Shown piece after piece: positions 1 to 9,765 of a stretch of 64,000 bases of DNA; position 1 is the first letter of the stretch; every line of letters begins with the position of its first letter. The stretch covers positions 2,217-66,216 of the IMG/VR virus record IMGVR_UViG_2778261457_000003. One strand, written 5' to 3'. Made by a program: the position numbers and the translations under genes. This stretch comes from a virus. Its lineage: Duplodnaviria > Heunggongvirae > Uroviricota > Caudoviricetes. The notes below the pieces were generated by a model. That model worked only from the letters and a program-made list of their open reading frames with translations. It did no database searches and had not been told where the DNA came from.

Positions 1-213
1 TTTCAGTACCTACTTGCACAAACCCCCCCAGAGCGCCAGAAACAGACCCCATGGACATACCAGTAAACGGTGCTTCCCAATTCTGGGCCATGTTCATTGC
101 CGCCCCCTGGCTGATATATCCTGTAACCTGATACTGAGAGTTCGTTAAAGTAACTTTCAGATATGGCGATACACCGTCAGCCTGGCTGTAAACCCCATAA
201 GCTATAGGAGCCA
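1..213 (-). CDS. hypothetical protein, 5' portion only (gene runs off the window start)
   Basis: ATG at 213 opens a frame (MAPIAYGVYSQADG...) with no stop before position 1; directly downstream of the sheath/head operon on the same strand; no convincing SD, so start is uncertain. Confidence 0.3.
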
Positions 214-249
214 TTCAAGTTAAAGGCCGGAGTTCCCCGGCCTCCTCCT

Positions 250-1065
250 TTAGCCAAGGCGCTTACGGCGCAGTTTCATTGACTTTTTGCGGGCAAGTTT
301 TGCCGCGCCAGTCTGGGCTTTTCGACGTGCTTTTTTCAGCGCCGATTTTTGAGCCGCAGTCAGACGTTTTTTACGCAGGCGTTTACGGATGAGTTTGATC
401 TCACCGTTACGAACAACCTTCTTAAATGCTTCAGTCAGCATTTCATCAGAAGTGCCAGCAACAACAAACGCCGCTTCCAGTTCGTCACGGTCGTCGCTAT
501 CTAAACCAGCGATAGAGGCACCAACATCAGCAGCTGCGTCGTCGTCTTCATCGTCAGCCAGTGCTTCGATCAGGTCATCATCTACACCGCATGCTGCGAG
601 GAAGTCAGCAACATTTGCCCATGCTTCGTTATAGGCATCGTCCTGTTCTTCTGTAACTTCGGAGTCGTCGTCATCAGAGATACCAGCGATAGCCTGAACG
701 AAACCATCAAGGGAGTCGAAAGTCAGATCACCGCTATCAGCCCAGGCGAAAACGGCGTCGGCCGCATCACTCAACGCATTCTGCATAGCACTTCGATTTG
801 CAGCTTCCAGAATCATCTGGTGCGCCTGTTCGACGGTCCATTCTTTACCGTCTTTCCCTTCCAGGATTTGCTCAGGAGCCGGGGCAGATGGAACGTTCTC
901 GTTAATCTGTGCCGCCGGTTCCGGATTATTATTAATAACCGGATCTGTTGGCGGTTCGGCGCTTGCCCGGGCAGACTCCATCAGCTGCACAGGATCAGAG
1001 TTCAAAGCGAAACGGGACAGTCCATTCCCCAAAAATGCCCCGGATTGAAAAAAGTTTTTGCTCAT
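250..1065 (-). CDS. hypothetical virion-associated protein, strongly acidic body with Lys/Arg-rich C-terminal tail (position of P1 gene 21)
   Basis: 271-aa ORF co-oriented and tightly packed after the sheath gene; composition read from translation; no recognisable catalytic motif. Confidence 0.5.
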   Translation of the reverse strand: MSKNFFQSGAFLGNGLSRFALNSDPVQLMESARASAEPPTDPVINNNPEPAAQINENVPSAPAPEQILEGKDGKEWTVEQAHQMILEAANRSAMQNALSDAADAVFAWADSGDLTFDSLDGFVQAIAGISDDDDSEVTEEQDDAYNEAWANVADFLAACGVDDDLIEALADDEDDDAAADVGASIAGLDSDDRDELEAAFVVAGTSDEMLTEAFKKVVRNGEIKLIRKRLRKKRLTAAQKSALKKARRKAQTGAAKLARKKSMKLRRKRLG

Positions 1066-1074
1066 TGTATTCCC

Positions 1075-2664
1075 TTACTTAATAAGCAGCGGTACGCCCT
1101 GGATACGACGGGCTACGCCAGTCGGGCAGCAGGCCCAGACTACTTCCCATTTATCGAATTCCGCCTGCGTAACTTTCAGCACATACGGTTCTGTACCGTC
1201 AGCATCAGGATCACGAGGAGCCACCAGAGCGCCGGAGGCGACAAAGCGATCTAAAAGTTTGGTCATCCCTTTAGTCAGGCCAGCCGCAGTAATACCGTCC
1301 GGGCTATGCTTCATCTGGCGGGCTAACTGGACAAAGAAACGGCTGATTGCATTCATCAGGGATGGGACGTGCTGGAAGTGCAGATAGTTATCCTGCGTGC
1401 AGCAAGTTAAAGCATCGTCGATGATCATCTGGCCAGAGGTGCCAACAGATACTTTATTGAGACGGCCCTTGACCATTGCTTCTTCGTCCGGGGTATCTTC
1501 CGGATACAGCGGTTGAATTGACGCACGAGCAATGACGGCACGTTCTTCACCAGCCGGTGAGTAATGCCAACCGCCGACATCAGAGTTTTTCTTGACGCCA
1601 CGAGCTTTCGCCGCGTACGCCACGCCAGACAGACCAAAGACCACACGGGATTGGGTCCATTTGTCTTTGCAGGAGAACGGGTAGTGATAGACAGAACAGC
1701 TTACATAATCGGTACCAAGTAAACCGGTATCTTCAACAGCAGACAGCGCTTCCGTGTACGTCAATGTCGGTTTAACATCAAAGAAGCCATCAATCAGGCG
1801 ATCAGAACAGATATTACCTAACGCAGTGATCGCCGCATTGTCATAGCACCCCAGGCCGAGAACAGCGGTGTACATGTACGGCGCATTGTTCAGCACTTTC
1901 ACCGCACGCAGGTACGCAGCGGTTGAGATTTTCGACTGATCGCCGTTGGTACCGCCAGTGAACGCCAACGATTTTTTGTTTGTTACTTTCGCTGTCGAAA
2001 TCAGCTCTTCATTAACAACCGCGCGCAGATATTTAGAACGGGCTTCCAGAGCCGTAGGCAGATAACACAAGCGGCCCATGTCATCTTTCGCTTCTTCCGC
2101 CAAAGACACAGTGTGTGTCTCCAGGGTCGTTACCACGCCGAGCGAAGTCGTCTGGGTCAGTTTTAAGAGGAAGCGTTCATTACCCGCGCTGTCCGCTGTT
2201 GCCGTTTCGATGGTTAACTCACGGGTAGGTGAAATACACGGATCACCATCATCAACGTAGATAGCAAAGGCTTCGCCACTATCAAGTTCAATTTCAGAAC
2301 CGTATGGCAACGCACTGTAAGCCGGTTCGCCTGATTCATCGAACATAATAATCGGGAACTTCGCATCATCCGGAACAGCGCGAACAACATAACCAGATGT
2401 TTGCTGAATAGCTTCGTATACATGGCGAATTGGTTCGAACTGTGAGCCGGAAGACGGCTTCAGCGGTTCGCCGAGAACATCTTCGTAATTGGACTCAGTA
2501 ACCGCAAGAACAGTAAACGGCTTGCCACGCGCAAATACGCCAATACCAGCCCACAAGCTGCTATTTAATGCAACACCGGTAGATAACGTCGCATCGGCAT
2601 TGATCGGGCTAACCGCGACGCCGGATGCATTACCTAATGACTGTTGAATTGAATATTGAGACAT
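1075..2664 (-). CDS. contractile tail sheath protein (P1 gp22-like)
   Basis: 529-aa ORF, size and position between head gene and gene-21-like ORF; assignment rests on recalled P1 gene order 23-22-21. Confidence 0.55.
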   Translation of the reverse strand: MSQYSIQQSLGNASGVAVSPINADATLSTGVALNSSLWAGIGVFARGKPFTVLAVTESNYEDVLGEPLKPSSGSQFEPIRHVYEAIQQTSGYVVRAVPDDAKFPIIMFDESGEPAYSALPYGSEIELDSGEAFAIYVDDGDPCISPTRELTIETATADSAGNERFLLKLTQTTSLGVVTTLETHTVSLAEEAKDDMGRLCYLPTALEARSKYLRAVVNEELISTAKVTNKKSLAFTGGTNGDQSKISTAAYLRAVKVLNNAPYMYTAVLGLGCYDNAAITALGNICSDRLIDGFFDVKPTLTYTEALSAVEDTGLLGTDYVSCSVYHYPFSCKDKWTQSRVVFGLSGVAYAAKARGVKKNSDVGGWHYSPAGEERAVIARASIQPLYPEDTPDEEAMVKGRLNKVSVGTSGQMIIDDALTCCTQDNYLHFQHVPSLMNAISRFFVQLARQMKHSPDGITAAGLTKGMTKLLDRFVASGALVAPRDPDADGTEPYVLKVTQAEFDKWEVVWACCPTGVARRIQGVPLLIK

Positions 2665-2724
2665 AACTTTCCCTGTTATGCGCCCCGCACGGGGGCGCTA
2701 TGTTAAACGGAGAACTTCCCCTGA

Positions 2725-4452
2725 TTACTCAGAGTCACCGGCATCAATCGTGTCGCCGCTTATGAAGTTAAGCCCGCCTTTTTTGGCCATTGTCAGCGTT
2801 ACACGAGTGAAGTAATCAGCGCCGTTGCGTGGGTGCATATCGTTGATAGCCGAACCCCACAGCGTGGTACGGTTGACCAGCGCCGGAGTGGTCGGATGCT
2901 GGAACGGGATGGCCGGGACAGCATCACCAGTCACGAAGCCTGCTTTACCCGGATTTTCATCACGGACGTAGCACAGCACATCCATCGAGCTGAACTGAAT
3001 GTTCTCTGTCGTTAAGTTCTTACAAATACCAGCAGGTACTTCGTACACTTTCACGTTACCGAACAGGGTACCGATGTAGTGAACATACGGAGTCTGGATA
3101 TAGTCTTCGGCTGGCTGGAAGAAATCCTTCGGCAACTGTTTGAAGAAAGATGCTGCATCAGCACCAGCAAACATCCCCATCGCACCAGAAGATTTAACGC
3201 GCTCAATAATGTCGCGATATACAGTCTGGAATTTGCCACGAATGATGGTTGCCCATACATCAAAGGACTGGTTAACCGGCAGAGCGATGTCAAAGGTGTC
3301 GGTCGCAAGAGTACGCCAGATCATGATGCGGAGACGCAACATATCCTGTTCATGGGACAGGTATTCTTTCAGGGTGCGGAACTGTAGGGAACCCAGGTCC
3401 AGACCAAATTCACGCTGTGCTTCATACGCCGCCTGTACCGTGTGCTCAGCCGCGATAACGAACTGGCTTGGGAACAGGGTGTATTTCTTCATTTCGTGGT
3501 TGATTAGCGGGATCAGCTCAGGAGCGGCTTCAATATTGATTTCCGTCTCAATTGCGATCTCAGTGCCTTTATCCGGCGCTTTGGAGAACGACAGGGCAAT
3601 CTGACCAATGTTGTAGTTCAGAGAGCAGGTAACAGTGATTTGCTCACCAGCAGCATTAGTAAACGAGTGAAGTAGGCTGCCGGAACCGTTATCAACAACA
3701 GACTTAATACGGTTAACGTAGATATTAGTGCGACCTTTTCGGATTGGTACATTCTGGCCTTCGAAGTCTTCCATCTTGAAGGTTGCGGTTTTGCTGGTGC
3801 CATCGGAGCTTGCCACCAGCACATAGCGGCGGCGTAACTGGCTGTACACACCGACGGATTGCATGTCCAGAACATCACCAGCAGCATAAGAACCAAAAGA
3901 GGAACCTGCCACGTTAAAGACTTCATAGATGTCGGACTGGTCACGCGTAACCGGAATGAAGGTACACGCATCAGCGGTAGCTGCCCCCAACTGAACAGGC
4001 AGGATCATCGCGAGGAATAAAGGCAGACGCATAACACCGTCAGAAACGCTCATCATCTCTGCTGCGACGGATTCCAGCATCGCTTTATTAGTGGCATCCA
4101 TGCTATTGCGGGTGGACTCAATCAGGCAGTTTTCCAGCGTCTGGTGGCAGGAGGCCAGAATTTCCGGACGCGGCATAGATTTATGTGCTGCGGCGTAGTC
4201 AGCCAGTGCACTTGCCCACGCTGTAGCGATTTGAGCGGTGGCATTATCAGAGATACCCGCAAAAACCGGGTCTTTACGTGCAGCTTCAAGGATAGATGCG
4301 GCACGCGCGGCATCATCTTTAATGAATTGGTTATCAGTACCGAACTGCGCAGTGCTTGCCCAGCCAAGCACAGCTTTAGAGCGTTTTGCGATATCTGCAA
4401 TACGATTCTGGTATTCGCGTAAGTTACTCAATTTACTCTTCCTTAAACACAA
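2725..4452 (-). CDS. major head (capsid) protein (P1 gp23-like)
   Basis: 575-aa ORF immediately downstream of parS, as in P1; the first ATG may not be the true start. Confidence 0.55.
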   Translation of the reverse strand: MCLRKSKLSNLREYQNRIADIAKRSKAVLGWASTAQFGTDNQFIKDDAARAASILEAARKDPVFAGISDNATAQIATAWASALADYAAAHKSMPRPEILASCHQTLENCLIESTRNSMDATNKAMLESVAAEMMSVSDGVMRLPLFLAMILPVQLGAATADACTFIPVTRDQSDIYEVFNVAGSSFGSYAAGDVLDMQSVGVYSQLRRRYVLVASSDGTSKTATFKMEDFEGQNVPIRKGRTNIYVNRIKSVVDNGSGSLLHSFTNAAGEQITVTCSLNYNIGQIALSFSKAPDKGTEIAIETEINIEAAPELIPLINHEMKKYTLFPSQFVIAAEHTVQAAYEAQREFGLDLGSLQFRTLKEYLSHEQDMLRLRIMIWRTLATDTFDIALPVNQSFDVWATIIRGKFQTVYRDIIERVKSSGAMGMFAGADAASFFKQLPKDFFQPAEDYIQTPYVHYIGTLFGNVKVYEVPAGICKNLTTENIQFSSMDVLCYVRDENPGKAGFVTGDAVPAIPFQHPTTPALVNRTTLWGSAINDMHPRNGADYFTRVTLTMAKKGGLNFISGDTIDAGDSE

Positions 4453-4569
4453 GGCACTTGTGTGAATCCCTTTTCGGAAGAGATTTTATTGAAAGTCACT
4501 TGTTGACTTTCTCGTGACAAGCAATTTTTTTATTTTTTTCGGGAGTAGGGGCAGAAGGTAAAATCCAAG

Positions 4570-4652
4570 GTGAAATCGTGGCGATTTCACCTTGAAATTT
4601 TAGATTGATTTACTTTAAAAACAGTAGGTTAATAGTGAAATTTGAATGGCGA
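4570..4652. other. parS: parS partition site (centromere) with box A heptamers (ATTTCAC) and box B hexamers (TCGCCA) flanking an AT-rich core
   Basis: gtgaaatcgtggcgatttcac ... tagtgaaatttgaatggcga lies directly downstream of parB; motif arrangement matches the P1 parS architecture. Confidence 0.8.
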
Positions 4653-4656
4653 AAGT

Positions 4657-5658
4657 TTAAGGCTTCGGCTTTTTATCGAGGCTCTTTCTAAGGATATGCC
4701 CAATCATCCTGTCGAGTTCTTCCTGTAGCTCTTTTGAAAGTCGATTAAACTCATAAGAAAATGCACGGCCTTTCACGCGCTTCCTTGCAAAGCGATCCTT
4801 GTCCTCAAATTTCCATAATTCAGTAACTACGGACTTATCTTTAGAACCTTTATCCGTGAGTAGTGAGGCTTCCTTTGTTATCAAGCGCAGGATTTTATTT
4901 TTAACTTCATCTTCGGCCATTTCTTCAATGGATAAGATGTCGTTTATTTCCGGGGATATGTTTTGAATAAGCTGATCAAACTCTAAATTCTTGTTCCCCA
5001 TTTCGTCGCCAACAGCACAAAGCGTTTTGTAGTCCGAAAAGGTTAATTCCGACTGCACAGGGAAAAGGGCGACTAATTCTTCCGGAGCACTCGCTGCCTG
5101 GAGAGCACGCGTGACCTTCGCCTGAGACAGCCCTTCTTTGGCTGCAATATCCTTCTGACTCATCCCATCATTTTTCATTCGCATCAAACGCAGACCTATT
5201 TCTCGAATGCTGTGCTGCAATGCTGTCTGAACGTCTTTCGCTAAATTTTGCGCTTCCTGAACGCTGATCTCCTGGTCCGTGACTAAAACCCGCAACCCCA
5301 CGTTCTCTAAGATGGCAGAAGCTCGACGCCGGGAACCATCCAAAATTTCAATTTTCCCTGTAGCCCGTCTAACACCTATTGCAGGGTAAAATTGCTGATG
5401 CTTAATAGTGCTTCGGATACTTTTTAATGATTTTGGCGTAAGAGATGCCTGGTCACGCCCGTTGTTATGCTGATCAACAAAGGTATCGCTTTCTACCTGG
5501 TTCGGAGGAATTACCTCCTCGATAAATGTGGCCTGGCGACCAGTTGATAACTTGAATACCTGCTCGACTCGATCGCCAGAGGCTGAAGAACTATCAAATC
5601 CGCTTAATATTGAAGGATTAAGGGTTCGCCCAATTGTTGGTCTGTTTTTCTTTGACAT
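4657..5658 (-). CDS. parB: ParB partition protein (P1 type)
   Basis: 333-aa ORF beginning MSKKNRPTIGRTLNPSILSG, downstream of parA and upstream of parS. Confidence 0.9.
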   Translation of the reverse strand: MSKKNRPTIGRTLNPSILSGFDSSSASGDRVEQVFKLSTGRQATFIEEVIPPNQVESDTFVDQHNNGRDQASLTPKSLKSIRSTIKHQQFYPAIGVRRATGKIEILDGSRRRASAILENVGLRVLVTDQEISVQEAQNLAKDVQTALQHSIREIGLRLMRMKNDGMSQKDIAAKEGLSQAKVTRALQAASAPEELVALFPVQSELTFSDYKTLCAVGDEMGNKNLEFDQLIQNISPEINDILSIEEMAEDEVKNKILRLITKEASLLTDKGSKDKSVVTELWKFEDKDRFARKRVKGRAFSYEFNRLSKELQEELDRMIGHILRKSLDKKPKP

Positions 5659-5674
5659 GGGGGTTTCTTACTCC

Positions 5675-6871
5675 TCAGTTAGATCTGATAAATTCAATAC
5701 GGTCAAACACTGCTTTTGCAAAATCTTCCGCAGCAATTCGCGCGTTCTTCAATGCATCAGCACTACCAACATACGTTGCCGGGTTAGCTGAAATAACAGT
5801 GTCAAAAGACTCGCCGCAGCGTTCAAAACCGTCAAGGCGAGGGAGGACGACATCGAGCATATCCCCACCGAACACTTCTTTAGCCAGGCTATGGCAATAC
5901 TTATGGTCTGCCTTGTTACTCAACTTGGACATAAAACCAATGTTAGTCGCAAGCTGGCACTCGCAGCCTTCATCCGAAATGAGTTTCACCAACTCAGGAA
6001 GGCGGGCAACGTATTTAAGCGATGAGTGGAAATCAACCGTTGCAGGCGGCAGAGGTGTAAACAGTATATTGGCCGAGGCCAAAGCATTTTTCAGGAAGGC
6101 GTCAAGGTGAGGACCACTATCAACGAGGATAAAGTCATAATCGCTCTTCAGCTTATCAATCACATTTTCTTTCAGGACTGCATGGATGTTCTGACCCGGT
6201 AGATGCTCATTGCACAGCTCTCTCCAATCGGATGCAATAAAGGCATCGTCAATCGACGCAGGCATAACGTCAACCCCAGGTACAACAGAAGGAACAATAA
6301 ACTCCTCTAACAGCTCTTCACGGCTTACATTCTGCAACATAGCCTGTGCAGATGTTGCGTTTACGATACCAATAGAGTGTTTATGGCTTAAAAACATCGT
6401 TGCTGAAGATTGCGGATCAAGGTCAATAACCAGAATCCTTAAATCTTCCATCAGAAGATGAGGATGAGCACGCATTGCATGCGCCAGAGAAACCGTCGAT
6501 ACAGTTTTTGACACACCGCCTTTAAGATTGGAGATGAAAATCACATACGCTTCGCTGTAGCGATCCCGGTATTTTGGCACTCCGCGATGTTCATATATGT
6601 CAATGATGTTCTGAATTGACATCGCATATTTCATTGAAGAGCCAGCAGGGCGTTTATCGAAAACATAACCCTTTTCTTCCATTTCACTTACGGCATAGTC
6701 AACGTTCGCACGAGTCAGTAGAGGCAATTTTGCCAGTGCCGCTTTCGCATAGACCTGGTAAAACTCGTTCGCGTGTAGCTCATCCTTTTGCAACTGTACT
6801 TGTTCAGTCAGAACATTGAGCATTCTATTTGCTCTTTGAGCAACCTTGTGAAGCTGGCTGGAATCACTCAT
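5675..6871 (-). CDS. parA: ParA partition ATPase (type Ia, with N-terminal DNA-binding extension)
   Basis: 398-aa ORF with deviant Walker A (KGGVSKT) and DLDPQ motifs, immediately upstream of parB. Confidence 0.9.
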   Translation of the reverse strand: MSDSSQLHKVAQRANRMLNVLTEQVQLQKDELHANEFYQVYAKAALAKLPLLTRANVDYAVSEMEEKGYVFDKRPAGSSMKYAMSIQNIIDIYEHRGVPKYRDRYSEAYVIFISNLKGGVSKTVSTVSLAHAMRAHPHLLMEDLRILVIDLDPQSSATMFLSHKHSIGIVNATSAQAMLQNVSREELLEEFIVPSVVPGVDVMPASIDDAFIASDWRELCNEHLPGQNIHAVLKENVIDKLKSDYDFILVDSGPHLDAFLKNALASANILFTPLPPATVDFHSSLKYVARLPELVKLISDEGCECQLATNIGFMSKLSNKADHKYCHSLAKEVFGGDMLDVVLPRLDGFERCGESFDTVISANPATYVGSADALKNARIAAEDFAKAVFDRIEFIRSN

Positions 6872-6889
6872 CGAAAGTCATCCTTTATG

Positions 6890-6965
6890 CTGTATTTTTG
6901 AATTTAATTAAAAATGCTGCATAAAATAATAATGTATGCGTAGATGCTTGTACATAGCATTCTCT
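6890..6965 (-). promoter_or_regulatory. parAB promoter/operator region containing imperfect palindrome atgcttgtacatagcat
   Basis: AT-rich region directly upstream of the parA start, with a palindrome centred near 6952. Confidence 0.35.
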
Positions 6966-7010
6966 GCATGTTTGGTTCATTTTGCACGATTGAGAGTTAC
7001 AAGGAGGGCA

Positions 7011-7033
7011 CAAAAAAGCCCCGTTCAGGGGCA
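7011..7033 (-). terminator. rho-independent terminator (gcccctgaacggggc + T-run on minus strand)
   Basis: GC hairpin followed by TTTTTT, directly after the stop of the 269-aa ORF. Confidence 0.55.
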
Positions 7034-7039
7034 TCAGTG

Positions 7040-7849
7040 TTATTTGCTAAGAGCAGCGAATAATCGTTCGAAATCGATAGTATCTATAGCACGCGTAAGC
7101 GCCGGAAGTTCAGCCTCAAAGTACCCGTGTCGATCGTAAAAGAAGGGACCGAAGAGCGAGGCATGTTGGATTCTACTTCGCCCCAGCCCGGACACACAGT
7201 TAAGCCCATTACCGGCTAAAAGGCTAAAAAACTTCTCTGGATTATCGTGGTAAAGCTGGGAATCAATGGTGGCGGTTAACTCTTCCATAGGGAAGCACAC
7301 CCGCCCTGTATCCCAGGGATATTTAGTCCGAAGCATAAACATTGCTTTCAGCAATTCACATTGAGCGCGGATCGCGTCCGGTTCATAGCCAGATATGGAG
7401 ACATAAGCCACGTCCCTCATTCCTGCGTCATCTTTGAAAGTCACGATAGAAGTAACATCCAGCTCTTTTTCGAAAGAGCAAGCAGCATCTACTGGACGCT
7501 GAAGTAAATCATTCGACTTAATGCGCTCGAGAATCCCTCCCCACATATCATTTAGATATTCGATATGAGCCAAAACCTTATCAAGACACTCTCGTGTAAA
7601 CCATTCAGTATGCCCGCCACCGACGCTTTTCTCCCACGGCGCATTCCAGGGGAAAAAGGTTGCGTGTAAAGCCCGCTCAAGATTAACCATTACCAAACGC
7701 GTACCACGATAGACCCGTGAAAGCGCAAAATCGGGACTCACTTGTAGCCCTTTAAACCGTGCCAATGGACCACATGAAATGCCGATTTTAAAAGTATCTC
7801 CGTTCTCTGGCACCAGAACGTAGAGGTAGTGTTGTTTCTCTTCTTGCAT
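7040..7849 (-). CDS. T5orf172 / GIY-YIG-like domain protein with uncharacterised C-terminal domain
   Basis: N-terminal motifs HYLYVLVPENGDTFKIGIS ... RFKGL ... GGGHTEWF match the T5orf172 signature; gene lies between incA iterons and the parA promoter and has its own terminator. Confidence 0.65.
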   Translation of the reverse strand: MQEEKQHYLYVLVPENGDTFKIGISCGPLARFKGLQVSPDFALSRVYRGTRLVMVNLERALHATFFPWNAPWEKSVGGGHTEWFTRECLDKVLAHIEYLNDMWGGILERIKSNDLLQRPVDAACSFEKELDVTSIVTFKDDAGMRDVAYVSISGYEPDAIRAQCELLKAMFMLRTKYPWDTGRVCFPMEELTATIDSQLYHDNPEKFFSLLAGNGLNCVSGLGRSRIQHASLFGPFFYDRHGYFEAELPALTRAIDTIDFERLFAALSK

Positions 7850-7864
7850 ATCAATACCACTGCT

Positions 7865-8140
7865 TGATGAGAACCGCGCAAATGTTGACTATGCGCGAAG
7901 GTTAATGTGAATAGTTGACTATGCGCGATGTGACTACAGTCAAAAGTTGACTGTAGTCGATTTAACTCCACCAAAGATCGACTATGTAAGATATTGTCGG
8001 GAGAAACGTTGACTATACGCGATGAAATGCCCCTAAAAGCCATCTCAATAGCGACTTGCAGAATATTGACGCCAGCAAAAATCCACCAGCGTCAACGAAT
8101 GTCGCCTATAGTCAACTTCTCGCTATCGCATATAGTCAAT
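7865..8140. repeat. incA: incA-type iteron array (about nine copies of a ~15-bp TTGACTATRCGCGA-like core in both orientations)
   Basis: repeated ttgactatgcgcga / ttgactgtagtcga / tcgcctatagtcaac units immediately downstream of repA. Confidence 0.7.
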
Positions 8141-8141
8141 A

Positions 8142-9062
8142 TTATGGATTGCGCTTATGGATCTGGAAGCCGATTTTCCTGCCGTTTTTTATCTCTGAAA
8201 ATTTAAGATATTCAATAGCTTCCAAATCTTTCATGGCTTTTCTGATAACGCTATTTTGCACGCTAACGGATGATTTGAGATTAAGCCTCGCTCTAAGGCG
8301 CTCAATGCTGACAGGTGCCGGGTTGGCGGGTAGAGCCTCAAAGAATGTATACAGTACCTTGGCCGTCTCTTTGCGCCCTAGTTTATCCAGCATCTTCAGC
8401 TTCAGGATTCGCTTATAGTCAACATAGTAAAGTTCAGATAGCTGTTTCTGCGGCTGGATCTCGATAACATCAAGCTCGGTATTCAGGCTGCTATATGCCA
8501 ACAAGTTGACGTTAATGTTATTGAGATGACCTTTTGCCGCCGGGAAGCGGAATTTGACAACTGTCTGCTGAATGCGTGTCAGAGAGTCATCAATACTTTT
8601 ACGGAACGCCTTTGAAAGGCGCTTACGTGGATAGCCGCATCGATCGGCAAACTCGGAGAATGGCAGGGTGATTATGCCGTCATCATCAGGTGCGTAGTCA
8701 AACAACGCGGAGGTTATGCCCACCCACACCTTAAAATCAGTATCCATATCCAGGCGTGGACCATGAATTTCAATTCCCTCATAGCCTTCCTGCTCAACAA
8801 TTTTGAGGCTTGATAGTTCTTCAGTTGCGTTCGTTGTGTTTGTTGTAACTGACGATCCGCGACGTAGCGCCACATTGGTAGATTTTAAGGTTGGCACAAA
8901 CACACCTAAGCGCAACAAAGCGATGGGTTGTATAGTGCTGTTGTTATTGGGCTTCAGGCTGTGGATTTCTCCTGTATTTCCTGCAACTTCTTCAACGCTA
9001 AGGAAGCCTTTACTTTCTTCCGGCATCACGGTTTCTCCATGTGTGGCGCGGCCTGACGTCAA
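8142..9062 (-). CDS. repA: RepA replication initiator (iteron-binding, P1/RepFIB family); probable true start at 9026
   Basis: motifs NNNSTIQPIALLRLGVFVPTLKS, GPRLDMDTDFKVWVGI, ALYTFFEALPANPAPVSIERLRARLNLKS characteristic of this initiator family; flanked by iterons on both sides. Confidence 0.85.
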   Translation of the reverse strand: MTSGRATHGETVMPEESKGFLSVEEVAGNTGEIHSLKPNNNSTIQPIALLRLGVFVPTLKSTNVALRRGSSVTTNTTNATEELSSLKIVEQEGYEGIEIHGPRLDMDTDFKVWVGITSALFDYAPDDDGIITLPFSEFADRCGYPRKRLSKAFRKSIDDSLTRIQQTVVKFRFPAAKGHLNNINVNLLAYSSLNTELDVIEIQPQKQLSELYYVDYKRILKLKMLDKLGRKETAKVLYTFFEALPANPAPVSIERLRARLNLKSSVSVQNSVIRKAMKDLEAIEYLKFSEIKNGRKIGFQIHKRNP

Positions 9063-9079
9063 TTTGGATGGCTGTTATC

Positions 9080-9320
9080 AACAGCTGTGAATATTCAGAC
9101 TCTAAAATCGCTTACAGTCAATGTTTCTGTCGCGTATAGTCAACAATAAATCGCGTGCAGTCAACAATAAATCGTGCACAGTCAACATAAAATCGCGTAT
9201 AGTCAATGTTGATCCCATTTCAGGCCAGTAATGACGCGGCTTACAGCGATCCGGGATCTTCTTTGGATCTTCCTAGGTTCTCTTTAGGATCTGTTTATTG
9301 GATCTATGCTGTGGATAAGT
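9080..9320. other. oriR: oriR replication origin: iterons at ~22-bp spacing, five GATC-containing heptamers, DnaA box TGTGGATAA
   Basis: gtcaac-type repeats at 9100-9200, GATC cluster at 9240-9300, DnaA box at 9310-9318, all upstream of repA. Confidence 0.75.
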
Positions 9321-9361
9321 TGAATAAACCGGCCAACAAAGCCGGTTGGAAGGAAGTCATA

Positions 9362-9754
9362 TTATTCTACGCTTTCGATAAGAAGACCATGTTCATAACA
9401 TTTAAGCTCATCGCCTTCGTACAGGAATTGGTATCCAATACCACCATTTTCATGGACATTAGGGAATAACTCATAACTCACTGAAGAGCAAATCACACCA
9501 ATGCAACGATCAACGCCTTCTCGTTCTTCAGTGCTGAAAAAATCCTCTTCGGTAAGAACATGAGTACATTGCTCATCAGCATAGGTCGGAAATACATGCT
9601 CGATGCAATCCGGGTGTTTTAAACCAAGCTGATCGGCAAGCTCGAAAGCATGACGGTATTGTTCAGATCCTGGCTTGCCAACAGTGATGTGCTCAATTTT
9701 GTAGATTGAAGTCGCTTTGTTGATAGTTTGCTTTACTGTTACTTTATCAGACAT
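9362..9754 (-). CDS. hypothetical protein
   Basis: 130-aa ORF, no recognisable motif. Confidence 0.4.
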   Translation of the reverse strand: MSDKVTVKQTINKATSIYKIEHITVGKPGSEQYRHAFELADQLGLKHPDCIEHVFPTYADEQCTHVLTEEDFFSTEEREGVDRCIGVICSSVSYELFPNVHENGGIGYQFLYEGDELKCYEHGLLIESVE

Positions 9755-9765
9755 AAAAATCCCTT

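Noticed and set aside
8056-8418. 120-aa plus-strand ORF overlapping incA iterons and the repA 3' end
   Set aside because: Overlaps the iteron array and is antisense to repA; no independent support.
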